Shown one piece after another: positions 52,379 to 64,000 of a DNA stretch of 64,000 nt. The notes beneath the pieces were generated by a model that searched no databases, had not been told where the DNA came from, and saw only the letters and a list, made by a program, of their open reading frames with translations. The position numbers were made by a program, and so were the translations under genes. Location of the stretch: contig NW_025764992.1 of NCBI RefSeq assembly GCF_003918875.1, positions 992,001-1,056,000 of the forward strand. Reading direction: 5' to 3'. Every line of letters starts with the position of its first letter. The first letter of the stretch is position 1. Source of the stretch: Haliotis rubra (lineage: Eukaryota).

Positions 52379-52622
52379 ACCCGTGAAAGTCTGGGTTAGA
52401 ATATTGATCTTCATTAACCCATGCTTGTCGTAAGAGGCGACTAACGGGATCGGGTGGTCAGGCTCGCTGAATTGGATTACACATGTCATCGAATCCCAAT
52501 TGCGTAGATCAATGCTCATAATGTTGATCACTGGGTTGTCTGGACCAGACTCGATTATTAACAGACAGTCACCTTATAGCTGGAATATTGTTGAGTGCAG
52601 CGTAAAATTAAACTTACTCACT
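52379..52622 (+). mobile_element. SINE B, full length
   Basis: Family B consensus. Confidence 0.85.
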
Positions 52623-52644
52623 AGGGATGACCAAATGAGCTGAT

Positions 52645-53340
52645 GGTCACCGGTCAGCATGAAGGTGAACAGGATGGCCTGTCACCAGTCAGCATGTGAA
52701 CAGACGGTCACCAGTCAGCATGGAGGTGAACAGGATGGCCCGTGAGCACATGGTCACCGGTCAGCATGAAGGTGAAGAGGATGGCCAGTGAGCAGACAGT
52801 CACCGGTCAGCATGAAGGTGAACAGGATGGCCAGTGAGCAGACGGTCACCGGTCAGCATGAAGGTGAAGAGGATGGCCAGTGAGCAGACAGTCACCGGTC
52901 AGCATGAAGGTGAAGAGGATGGCCAGTGAGCAGACGGTCACCGGTCAGCATGAAGGTGAACAGGATGCCCAGTGAGCAGACGGTCACCGGTCAGCATGAA
53001 GGTGAACAGGATGGCCAGTGAGCAGACAGTCACCGGTCAGCATGAAGGTGAACAGGATGGCCAGTGAGCAGACGGTCACCGGTCAGCATGAAGGTGAACA
53101 GGATGGCCAGTGAGCAGACAGTCACCGGTCAGCATGAAGGTGAAGAGGATGGCCAGTGAGCAGATGTCACCGGTCAGCATGAAGGTGAACAGGATGGCCA
53201 ATGAGCAGACAGTCACAGGTCTGCATGAAGGTGAAGAAGATGGCCAGTGAGCAGACGTCACCAGGTACTATAAAGCTGAACAGGATGACCAATGAGCAAA
53301 TGGTCACAGGTTAGTGTAAAGCTGAACAGGATGCCCAATA
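52645..53340. repeat. 46-bp minisatellite
   Basis: gtcaccggtcagcatgaaggtgaacaggatggccagtgagcagacg. Confidence 0.95.
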
Positions 53341-54045
53341 AATCCATGGTTATATATGCCATGGCACTGTTTCACCAGGATGGCCAACAGTAACCATTGT
53401 TTGTCAAGATTTTAACTGGAAGTCTTGTATTTTCAGATCTTGAGTATTGTTATACTTGTTACTGTATTTATCAAGGGTATTCACACACAATATAGCATAG
53501 CTTTAAGTCCTGGAAAAACAGTTTTTCCAATCAATGAGATTACAGTCCCCATTCTCTTCTACTACAATGTGGTAGCTAATCTACCCTGCAGCCATTACTT
53601 CCCATGATGCTGGTGGATCTCTAGTCTCACAATGACAGGAGATTCGAAATATTGATTAATATTTCTTGCCTTTGACCATATACAACCGTCAGTCATCAGT
53701 TGTGATATACAAAGCCCCAGGAGATGTTCTCATGCTTGACCAAATTATTCATTAACATGAAATCAAGAACATTTGGATTAACAAAGCAGTTCTAGTTACT
53801 TCCTCAGATCATGTGACAGTCACGGGTGTAGTGTTCACCTGCACATTATCAGAGGTAATCCTATGGTCAAGGAATTCCATCATTTATGTATGTAGGCCTG
53901 TGTGTGCACATGCATGCATGGTGACTGTGTGTTGTGAATGTTGTGTGTGTGTAAAGTGCTTGTGTGGTGTGAGTGTAGTGCATGTGTCTCGAGTGAGTCA
54001 ATGGGTGAGTGAGTGTGTGAGTGAATGAGCGAGTGAGTGGTGGTC

Positions 54046-54347
54046 TAATTGGGTTTAACGTTGTGCTTGAGAATATTTCGCTCATATGACGACGTGCATG
54101 CGTGTGTATGTGTATGTGCGGCTGCTTGTACTAGCCCAGATTGAAGCTGGTTTTATAGTGCTAGCTCACTGAGATACCATGTCGCATGCTGAGATACCAT
54201 GCCTTGTTGTACCCATTAATGCCGAGCGTCAGGCAGTGACCAACAAGAACCATATTTTAACGTCTTTTGGTATGACGCGGTCGGGGATCGAACCCGCGAC
54301 CTTCTGCACTCCGGGCGGACACTCTAACCACTACACCATGGAGGCGG
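54046..54347 (-). mobile_element. SINE C with internal deletion, embedded in a (GAGT)n tract
   Basis: Reverse complement of family C. Confidence 0.85.
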
Positions 54348-54711
54348 TGAGTGAGTGAGTGAGTGAGTGAGTGAGTGAGTGAGCGAGCATGTGTGTATCC
54401 ATTTTTTGCAAAACTCTTCAATATAATTCTAATACCTACATAAAAACAAACTCAGCTGAACCATAAGCATAGTATTTGCAAAGTCTGTGTTCCATACACT
54501 GCTGTGACCTAGTCTAATATAGCCCTGCAACACTGCCACCGTCTGACACAGGCTCACTGACATGCTATGACACAGACAGCACAAGCACCAAACTCAATTA
54601 CTTTTGACAGGCTACAACACACAGCTGTCAAATTGTAGTCCACCGCCCAATCAACACCTGTCTTTTACAGACTGCATTAAGAAGCTGCTGAAGCCTTGAC
54701 CGTAACTCTTT

Positions 54712-55310
54712 CAATGTCTCACAGACAATCACACCTGTGGTAAGTGACTAGATGCCGATATATACATACACCCATTCCATATCCCAGTCAGTAAGACAAT
54801 CAGACGACTAACCATGAACATATACATACACCCATTCCATATCCCAGTCAGTAAGACAATCAGACGACTAATTATGAACATATACATATACCCGAGGCAG
54901 AAAAACAAACAATGTCTCACAGACAATCACACCTGTGGTAAGTGACAAGATGCCGATATATACATACACCCATTCCATATCCAAGTCAGTAAGACAATCA
55001 GACGACTAAATATGAACATATACATACACCCATTCCATATCCCAGTCAGTAAGACAATCAGACGACTAAATATGAACATATACATACACCCATTCCATAT
55101 CCCAGTCAGTAAGACAATCAGAAGACTAATGATGAACATATACATACACCCAATCCATATCCATGTAAGACAATCAGACAAGTGACTAAATATGAATTTA
55201 TACTTAAACCAACTCCATATCCATGTAAATAAGACAATCAGACAAGTGACTAAATATGAACATATACATACATCCATTCCATATCCATGTAAATAAGACA
55301 ATCAGACTAA
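54712..55310. repeat. 60-bp minisatellite with a higher-order duplication of about 200 bp
   Basis: atatacatacacccattccatatcccagtcagtaagacaatcagacgactaaatatgaac. Confidence 0.9.
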
Positions 55311-55354
55311 CTGAAGCAGGAAGCAGTAAACGTATGTTACAAAATAGTAATGGA

Positions 55355-55596
55355 TTTGGTTGTTGTTTAACGCCGCACTCAACAATATTCCAGCTATATG
55401 GCTATATTATCGTAAATAATCGAAGTCTGGACCAGATAATCCAGTGATCAACATCATGAGCATCGATATACACAATAGGGATACGATGACATGTGTCAAC
55501 CAAGACAGCGAGCCTCACTACCCGATCCCATTAGTCACCTCTTATCACAAGCATGGGTTGCTGAAGACCAATTCTAACCCAAATATTCACGGGTTT
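55355..55596 (-). mobile_element. SINE B
   Basis: Imperfect TSD aaaatag(t/c)aatg. Confidence 0.8.
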
Positions 55597-55657
55597 AAAA
55601 TAGCAATGACAAGCAGCAGAATAACATGTTAGAGCTCCTCACAAAGCTCTCAATAAG

Positions 55658-55815
55658 AGTCAGTATGGTTTGACAATGCTCATAGCAATATTCCAGCAAT
55701 ATCATGGTGGGGGACACCAGAGATCGGCATCACACATTGTACCCATGTGGGGAATTAAACCCAGGTGTTTGTCATGACAAGCAAACGCTTTAACCACTAG
55801 GCTATCCCACCGCCT
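55658..55815 (-). mobile_element. SINE A
   Basis: Family A consensus, diverged. Confidence 0.8.
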
Positions 55816-57402
55816 AGTCTCCGTCAAATCTATTTGCTATATAAGGGGAGACGCACAATGCAACTTTAAACATTAATCTTGGTATTAGCCAAGTTAAGAC
55901 ATTTTTTATGTTATAATCAGCTAAAGGTGTATGAATATATTATATCTGAACAAAATCCCATCTTATACATAAACTTTTAAATGTTCTACATGCCCTGAAC
56001 GTGATCTGACATTTTAACTAGAGAATCCACCCACCCTCACATTTCGCCCACATGTCCAAAGCAAGTATGTTGGTGACATTTGGCCCCCCACCTCCTCTGA
56101 CCGTTTTGACTTTCAACAAATTTCATTCTCATATGCAATTATCTGAAGAATGAAACAAGAGAGATTTATTTTTTGCTGTCTTATGACACCATTACAAGGA
56201 CCTGGAACAGTGATGTAGATTCTGAGTGACGCACATGGAAAGAAAACCTTGAACAGAAATTCTGGAAATAAACACCTTGAAAGGAATAGCCATAAATAGA
56301 TCTAGAGAGTACGTCATTGCGCTGACAGTAATGGCTGCCTTCATCGCTCCTGTTCATCATGAACTACGGAATCTCTCCTGGGAGACTGACATCCTGAAGA
56401 CTCCCTCTCATTTCAAGGATCACCCTGATTACATCGGCAGCTCTAAACCCGACAGAGTTTTGTTAACGGGTGATCCCTAATCAGTCCCCTATCCTAACTC
56501 AGACAGATGTCTGGCCAAAAACAACAGAAGCCTCGACAGTGACTGATCATCTCCATTAAGGAAGTGATAAACAAGGGTTGTTAGCCATTTCTTTTATGAT
56601 TTGTTTTACTCGTAATTACCCATAATCCATCAGGAAGGGACTGAGATGGACTTTAAAAATATTTTATCCAACCCATACATGCCTATATGCACCTTTGCAA
56701 AACTTGTTCATTCATCAACCTTATTTATACATTCACCATTCTCACAACCATGGTGTGCTATACATTGTTAATAGATTCATCAGCTCGTCAAAACTTGTGA
56801 AGGTTACATAATAACTTGCTATTATGTCGTGCCATATGTCGTGAGAATTAACTTGGCTAATGGAACCTGGGATATTATAATGGAATTTATTGTTCATTAT
56901 TACTAGCATTATACTACAAAACCTTGTTAATCCAGACAGCATTGTCTCCAGTAATTAATGGATTAATGGATAATTGCTCAGCGGTAATGGCCGTTAGCTA
57001 AATATAGATGTTCATGAATGTAATAGCCAAAAACAGTGTTGCTGGATTAAGATGGACCTTTTAAAAATGGTTCCATTGTACACTTGATGTCATGATACAT
57101 TTTAAAAATTATATTTCATTCATTTAAATAATTCATCAAAAACAAGAAATAATGATCAATAATGACAGAAAGTAAAACATTTGAATTATGTTATATGTAA
57201 AAACCAGGATCCCAGTGAATCACTTTGTTTCAGATATTGATACTAAATAAACATAACATACAAAAGCTATTACTGATTTTTTCTATTGTATAATATTTTG
57301 TTTCTGAGTTTGCCTAAGCAACTAACTAAAAGTGTAAATCATCAAGGCCAAACTTTATAATGTAAACTTCCCATTGATGAAACAATAGCCCATTGTTTAA
57401 AC

Positions 57403-57751
57403 CAGGGCTCCAGATAATTTTTCATGATCAGGAGTACGTACTCCTTATTTATTCAATATAGGAGTACTGGAAAACCTTAAGAGTACATTTAGAGTACTGA
57501 ATGGAAATTAATGGAGTATCAGTAATCTTGTGTTTCCTTTCATATATGCACCACAACATTGCTACTCTTGTGTAAACAGGTCAGTAAACAATAAAACAAT
57601 ACTTTCTCAGATAAATACGTCTGTAAATGATTCTAATACCGTACACCATTGCTGTGGTGCGTATCTGCTACGCTTTCTAAATTATTTCCTACCGTATCTT
57701 GCATATTTTTTATCTGTACATACGCCGATACGACCCTTATCTGGAGCCCTG
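57403..57751. mobile_element. hAT-like MITE
   Basis: 15-bp TIR CAGGGCTCCAGATAA; (g)tttaaac duplicated on both flanks. Confidence 0.8.
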
Positions 57752-57811
57752 TTTAAACATGAGCACCATACCTGCAATCCCCAGGTATGTGTTTTAAACT
57801 AGAAAGACAAG

Positions 57812-57960
57812 TGAGGTAGCCTAGTGGTTAAAGAATTCGCTTGTCAATCCGAAGGTTGAGTTTGATTCCCAAGGGTACAATGTACAAACCTCATATCTGG
57901 TGACCCCTGATGGGGCATTGCTACAATATTGCTGAAAGCCGTGTGAAACTATATTCACTC
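57812..57960 (+). mobile_element. SINE A, old copy
   Basis: GGTAGCCTAGTGGTTAAAG head, degenerate body. Confidence 0.7.
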
Positions 57961-58372
57961 AATAAATTATTTTCGAACAAGTGATCAACATTTCTGTCAG
58001 CATTGTATAACTTTGATATACTTTATTGAAATACCTAAATCCTATTATAATTAAAACAACACATGCATAAAGTAATTTGACAAAATCAGTGCTATGATTA
58101 CTCCAGATGTGTACTCTTACACGAAGTGTTTAATGACCCAGCATTACAGCGTGAACCAACATGCCGGCACATGGCTTGTAATTATCTCTAATTGGATAAT
58201 CAAGTGTAATACATCCACAATTAACATGCTGCTGGTCTGATGCTATGGGAAAACACACTTGAACATCCCTGCATATGAAGCAAGACTTATATAATTGGAC
58301 AATTGCCTTGCCTTTGCATGTGTTTGTGACAGGTGCCAGTCGAAAGGTGAGATATGCTCATCTCTTAGCAAA

Positions 58373-58671
58373 GGATCCTAGTCAAAAGGGCCACATGACG
58401 AAAGGGCCCCAAAACAGAAAAATCAAAATGGCCACAAGAAAGTCAAAAGAGCCGCAAACCCGTAGTGAAATAGATATTTTTCACGACTTCAAAGGAAATG
58501 ATGACATAGAATAGATGTATGTGATGGTTATTTATTTCACTTAAGCAACAAAACACTTGTCATTTTCATGCAGCCCTTTTGACTTTCCATTTTGGGTCCC
58601 TTTCGGCATGCGGCCCTTTTGACTTTTCTGTTTTGGGGCCCTTTTGTCATGCAGCCCTTTTGACCTGTTCC
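58373..58671. mobile_element. Mutator/foldback-like MITE
   Basis: 9-bp TSD cttagcaaa; long imperfect TIRs built of GTCAAAAGGGCCGCA subrepeats. Confidence 0.8.
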
Positions 58672-59369
58672 CTTAGCAAATATCTGGTATTATCACTATT
58701 TAATATTAAATTATAAACACATGCTTATGATAGAGTCAGAATCATACACTGGACTCTTTGTGATTGTGGAAAAAAAGTCCCATATAATGATGCGGAACCG
58801 CATGACAGAAAGTCAACACAGCTGCAGGATACAAATATACATGAAAATCATCATCAAATAGTAATGCCATCATGATTTCTATGTAATCTAGATTCACACA
58901 CTACACAAAAGTGTGGCACAGCATTAAGATAAGCCTGTGACGTGTCTGCCAATCAATTTTGATTTTAGTACAAAACAAATATGTTTAAAACACATTAAAG
59001 TCCCACTGTAAGGAACAATCACACGTTTTCTTAAAAATTTGATGAGGTCTGTAAACAAAATACCTTTGCCCATTTTTAAATGATTGTCATTTCATTAATA
59101 ACTTAGGTAAGTGAATGTTTTCAGACATTTCAAGAGGAAGGCGTCAAACATTGTTGAGAACTGACACAAGGCAAGTCCACCATTACCCAACACTTAAACA
59201 TGCCAAGGTGGTAACCATGTGTGAGGAAAGTCCAGTGGGAAATTAATCATGGAATGAGTTGAAAGCTGCATTCAGCAGTGCTCAGTTATGTCATGACAGG
59301 TGATAGAAGTGACAGTGGAGGTAAATGTTTGCCACTTTGGTGAAATCTTGCAACATAATATTTGGAATG

Positions 59370-59965
59370 CTAGAGCTGAAAAGGGGATGTTAGTCTTGAA
59401 GGGGGATGCTGGAGTTGACAAGAGGACATTAGTCTTGGTGCAGGAGCTGACAAGGGGATGTTAGTCTTGAAGGGGGATGCAGGAGCTGAGAAGGGGATGC
59501 AAGTTCTGAGGGTGGCGGTGGAGCTAAGATAGGGGGATTAGTCTTCAGGGGGGCGTTTGAGCTAAGAGGGGGATGCTAGTTCTGAGGGTGGCGTTGGAGC
59601 TGAGATAGGGGGTTAGTCTTTGGGGGAGCTGAGAGGGGATGCTGGTTCTGAGGGTGGCGGTGGAGCTAAGATAGGGGATTAGTCTTCAGGGGGGCTTGAG
59701 CTAAGAGGGGATGCTAGTTCTGAGGGTGGCGGTGGAGCTGAGATAGGGGTTAGTCTCGGGGTGGGGGGTGGAGCTGAGAGGGATGCTAGTTCTGAGGGTG
59801 GCGGTGGAGCTGAGATAGGGGGTTAGTCTTCAGGGGGTGCTTGAGCTGAGAGGGGGATGCTAGTTCTGAGGGTGGCGGTGGAGCTGAGATAGGGGGGTTA
59901 GTCTTCAGGGGGCGCTGGAGCTGACAAGGGGATGCTGGTGTTGAGGTGGATGCTGGAGCTGGAAA
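59370..59965. repeat. G-rich compound minisatellite (alternating units of about 31-33 bp)
   Basis: ggagctgagatagggggttagtcttcagggg / gagctgagagggggatgctagttctgagggtggcggt. Confidence 0.9.
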
Positions 59966-60034
59966 GAGCTGTTATGTTTATATCTCCTTAACACAATAAT
60001 TACTGAAGACTAATTCTCAACACAAAATACATGT

Positions 60035-60185
60035 ATAGTTTTACACAGCTTTAATAATATTCCAGCAATATCACAGCAGAGGACATGAGAAATAGGCTTC
60101 ACACATTGTCCCCATGTAGGGAATTGAACCAGGATTTTCAGCATGGCAAGCAGACACTTTAACCAGTAGGCTATCCCACCACCCT
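60035..60185 (-). mobile_element. SINE A
   Basis: Family A consensus, diverged. Confidence 0.75.
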
Positions 60186-60665
60186 TATATACAAGAGGTC
60201 TGGTAAGTGGGATACCACCAAGCTAAGGCGTCAGTGACAGAATTCAACAGCTACTTTGATCTGCTCTTCAGTGAAATCACTCCCAGGTGAAATGAATATT
60301 GGGAGAAAAGCTTCAGTAAAATATTCAGATCAGATTATGCACCTTCCATAAAAGTTCTTTATGAATGAGCATGAGAACTAAAATGTTTACAATAAACAGG
60401 AAACAACCCTTTTGAATTCAAAGGAGTGATTTCTTCTGGCAGCAGTATTTAGAATTAAAGATTTTCCAGGTCAACCAAGCTTCCTTCCAGTCTTGGCTTA
60501 AACCTTTGTATGAATAATACCGACATACGGATAAAGTCATGAATTCTGAGATGCACGCATCTCATCTGAAACTCATCATACAAAGATGGCAAAACATTAA
60601 AGTGAACTGCATGAAGTACCCTGGGATACACACAGCAACGTCAATATTCAAATGTTGGAGACCAG

Positions 60666-60772
60666 GGCCTAGATTTTCGAAGCTCTCTTTGCGCTAAGAT
60701 AGCCGTAAGTGACATACTTTAACATTAACTTACGACTATCATAGAGCTAAGGGAGCTTCGAAAATCTAGGCC
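60666..60772. mobile_element. Related Harbinger-like MITE
   Basis: TIR GGCCTAGATTTTCGAAGCTC, CAG/CTG flanks; centre catactttaacat...acttacgac shared with the 21298 element. Confidence 0.8.
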
Positions 60773-61137
60773 CTGCCTTAGATATCTGAATGTCTGCGAA
60801 GTAACATGCACAGGGAGGAAATGAAATGGAAGAATTATCAAGACTAAAGACACGGTTCCACTGAAATATCCAGTTCACGGTCTAAAGGAATGGGTCATAT
60901 TTTCCTAATTCTAGATCCTTGACAATGTCCCTATATGAACACATTCAAATTCAAAGAAAATTCTTCAAATCCTTTCAGGCCACAACAATCTGAATGTTCA
61001 TAAAAGATAGAAATACACATTTTATTTTTTATATTATTATATTATATGTGGCCGGACAATTTTTTTTTATTCTTTGTAACATATTTAAAGCATTTGTTCA
61101 TAGATACAACATAAGGTTGTCAGTGCCACTGCCTTAC

Positions 61138-61245
61138 CTCGCTGAGACTGCGATGTATATACACTTTACGTCGACATCGCCGACGGGCGTAGCGGTTGTC
61201 CAAGGACCCCCCAAGGTCCTCTCCATCATCTGGTTCCAAAGACAT
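61138..61245 (-). CDS. PDE3: Candidate alternative first coding exon of PDE3: MSLEPDDGEDLGGSLDNRYARRRCRRKVYIHRSLSE
   Basis: In-frame TAA upstream of ATG, 36 open codons, strong GAG|gtaagg phase-0 donor compatible with the phase-0 exon at 43775; locally CpG-rich. Confidence 0.55.
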
Positions 61246-62958
61246 AGCCACTGGTTATACTCCTCAATGCTCTCGAAAAAGTACTTCTCAATACCCTTTG
61301 AACATCCTCCAAGCCATTCGGACCCAGTAGTTTCCCACTTTCAATTTTCTCCAATTTTCATAAAATTTCAACACAACAGTTCATACTACACAAACACCAA
61401 ATAAGTCACTGTGATGACAGATACATAAGAAAAGATCCCTACAAAACCAACAGAAACTTCTAAACATTATGTCCGAACAAGTTCAGTAGTATATCCCTTG
61501 AAGCAATCACAACACATGCTTGAAGACAATCCTCTAGCAATGTTCGAATTTGTTTCCCAGAGAACATGCTCATTGGCCAGACAAAAGCATAATTTCCAAC
61601 AGACGTCCTCTGCGATGTAGTCCTCACATGGACAAAAGCACAGTCCTCACGGACGTCCTTACATTGCCTCCTCCCGACGGTCTCTTTCACCGTCTACCTT
61701 GTACAGGTAAATCTGCATACGACCAGGGACGATGCAGTCCACTTCAGGTTTCACACAGCTGTGGACTGTCACCACCAAGGACTGATTCCACGTCTGTAGT
61801 TAATCAATGATCAATGGAAGAAAACAGATTCCGCTAGTATCTATTATGAGCTTTCATATGTCTTGGCACAGAAGAAGCTGTATGCTCCATCTTGGTCATC
61901 CCGCGTCCTATGAAGCATTACAATCAATACTGCCAGGCACATACAATAGTCCGGCCTCGTTACGTTGAAATACATCCACATGTACAATCCAATAACAACA
62001 GGCACATGGCAGATCATTCAAACAGGAATGAAGTATGTACGTTTAGTTCTTTAGTCAGAACATGCGTCACACTTGACCAGTTCAAATGACGACTTCACAT
62101 GCGTTATTAACTCTTTACGTGATGGCTATCAGCCGACTCTTTAACTCTACTTCACTCGCAAACCCCAGTATAAAACTAGCTGCCATCTGTTGAGATGCAC
62201 TGAAGGAAGAAAGAGTGGCTCAAAATAGTGCAGTGTAGCAAGCATTTTCCACAATGATTTTATGGGACGCCATCATCATAGGGTTAAAGAACTTGAACGT
62301 TACAAGGCTGAACAGGATACTCTCCAATCAGCTGATTTGCCGATTTAGACAATCATTATCTGCAGTAAATATGTAGGACTTGCTACCTGACACAATAAGG
62401 TTACTACAACCAGGATCTACATGAGATGAAAAGACCGAGCGATAATTGTTCCACATCAATGAATTTTCACTTTGTGTTCACACCCATTGGCGGAAGACCC
62501 TGTGATGTGTGGAGAAGCTACTTCACAAATTATTATCAGTCATTTGCTCCTGCTATTAACAATGAAAAAAATTATCACGATATATTTTAAAAATCATTCT
62601 ATAAAAGGATATCCTTTTATAAGGGTGGTGAGTGTACTAAAAATATCTATCAAAACGACATATCCATGGGTATTGATCAAGTATTATCTCACAATATGCC
62701 ATGAAACAATACTTGCATATGTAAAACATGTTATGAAAATGGATGAATATTAAATTTTCTTAAAATGGTCCCAAATCAACCTGTTTTCCAGGTTGTGAAA
62801 TTAGTACAGAAACTATACAAACATACTGCAGTTTCTAAACATATATAATTCTGCTCAAAACAGGCACCTGTATATAAAGTAAAAAGGAACCTATGGCAAT
62901 CCTAGATTTGATTCACTGTGAGCTTCAGTACAGAAAGGACTGGTGGGACAGATATTAG

Positions 62959-63120
62959 GTGAGTGAGTGAGAGATTTTACGCCACTTTTACCAATATTCC
63001 AGCAATATCACAGCAGGGACATCAGAAATGGGCTTCACACATTGTACCCATGTGGGGAATCGAACCCAGGTCTTCAGTGTGATGGCGAATGCTTTAACCA
63101 CTAGGCTACCCAACCGCCCC
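62959..63120 (-). mobile_element. SINE A
   Basis: Family A consensus. Confidence 0.85.
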
Positions 63121-63441
63121 TGGAGAGAAAATGATTCTACAGTATGATACAGATTAACCAAGAACACATGACCATGGGTTGAATGCCGGATTGATCAACC
63201 TGATTAAGTTTCAAGGTTCCTCAGCGCCAGTATTCATGGTTTTAGCGAAATGGTAAAATCAAAGACCTGCGTTACTTTGTGTTTTCCTCCCACGTCAAGC
63301 TCACATGTCCTGACGTAACTGGAATACTGCTAAGCACAACTAAACACAATTCACTAACTCACAGTCCATCTTACTGGACAGGTGGTAGATAAAATCTGAT
63401 GAATCTATGTACATTATGATCATATCGCTACATCTACGTAC

Positions 63442-63534
63442 TGAGAGACTGCCAGGGGTGAAGTAGCCAACAACCTCTTCGTCATTAAGGTCAGGGTGAC
63501 AAGAGGCCCCCCCTGGCAATGTAACAAACATCAT
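63442..63534 (-). CDS. Second candidate alternative first coding exon of PDE3: MMFVTLPGGASCHPDLNDEEVVGYFTPGSLS
   Basis: TGA immediately before ATG, 31 codons, TCA|gtacgt phase-0 donor; two CCAAT boxes upstream on - (about 63621 and 63710). Confidence 0.33.
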
Positions 63535-63838
63535 TCACTGCTGACCTACAATTACACTGCACCGTTTTGTTCACCCAAATCAGTAGGAATACAAACACAG
63601 CAACTGATTCCGGGGCGTTTGATTGGTTAACCTGGTAATCTTTTTCTGTGTTTATGTGTCTATAAACCAAGGCGAAAAATATAGTCACGCCAACAGACTA
63701 GTGTTTTCTGATTGGCCGAGACTAGAATGTCTTGCTGCTTTATCTTGTTGTATGTCACTTATTTTGTACTGTTGTCGACTGATTTGTGAGTGTAAATGAA
63801 TGAAAACCCAGTCTCTGAAGTTACTGTTGAGATACTTA

Positions 63839-63882
63839 GTGTGAGTGAGTGAGTGAGTGAGTGAGTGAGTGAGTGAGTGAGT
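63839..63882. repeat. (GAGT)n microsatellite
   Basis: About 10 perfect units. Confidence 0.9.
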
Positions 63883-64000
63883 TGGGTTTAATTTTGAAGA
63901 GTGTAACACTTATATCATGACATGTGGGAGAAAAGGTTGAAGTGATGAAGGTCTATGGCATTTACCACTTTGATGAAACATACAAGTATCATAAACTTAT

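Noticed and set aside
60994-61404. 136-aa plus-strand ORF
   Set aside because: It is the antisense shadow of the candidate PDE3 first exon; no recognisable protein features.

Overview
Eukaryotic (metazoan) genomic DNA. The SINE, MITE and HINE repertoire suggests a mollusc, possibly a vetigastropod such as abalone; this is inferred, not tested. Two intron-containing genes converge tail-to-tail. (1) The last five coding exons of an SLC1 (EAAT/ASCT-family) transporter on + (1277-6138), whose substrate-binding residues are strongly non-canonical. (2) Most of a cGMP-inhibited phosphodiesterase PDE3 on - (17747-43775, 11 exons), with candidate alternative first exons at about 61.1 kb and 63.4 kb and two single-base homopolymer frameshifts that are probably consensus errors. 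Introns hold at least four SINE families, several MITEs, HINE-like elements and many minisatellites. Most notable: the rewired SLC1 binding site; three independent tandem repeats that have amplified functional splice sites, including a whole PDE3 micro-exon five times; a SINE family with a precisely defined, covarying pseudoknot-like 5' head; a strong SINE orientation bias; and a dispersed AAGGGAGATAACT-like motif. All alignments and counts were done by eye.
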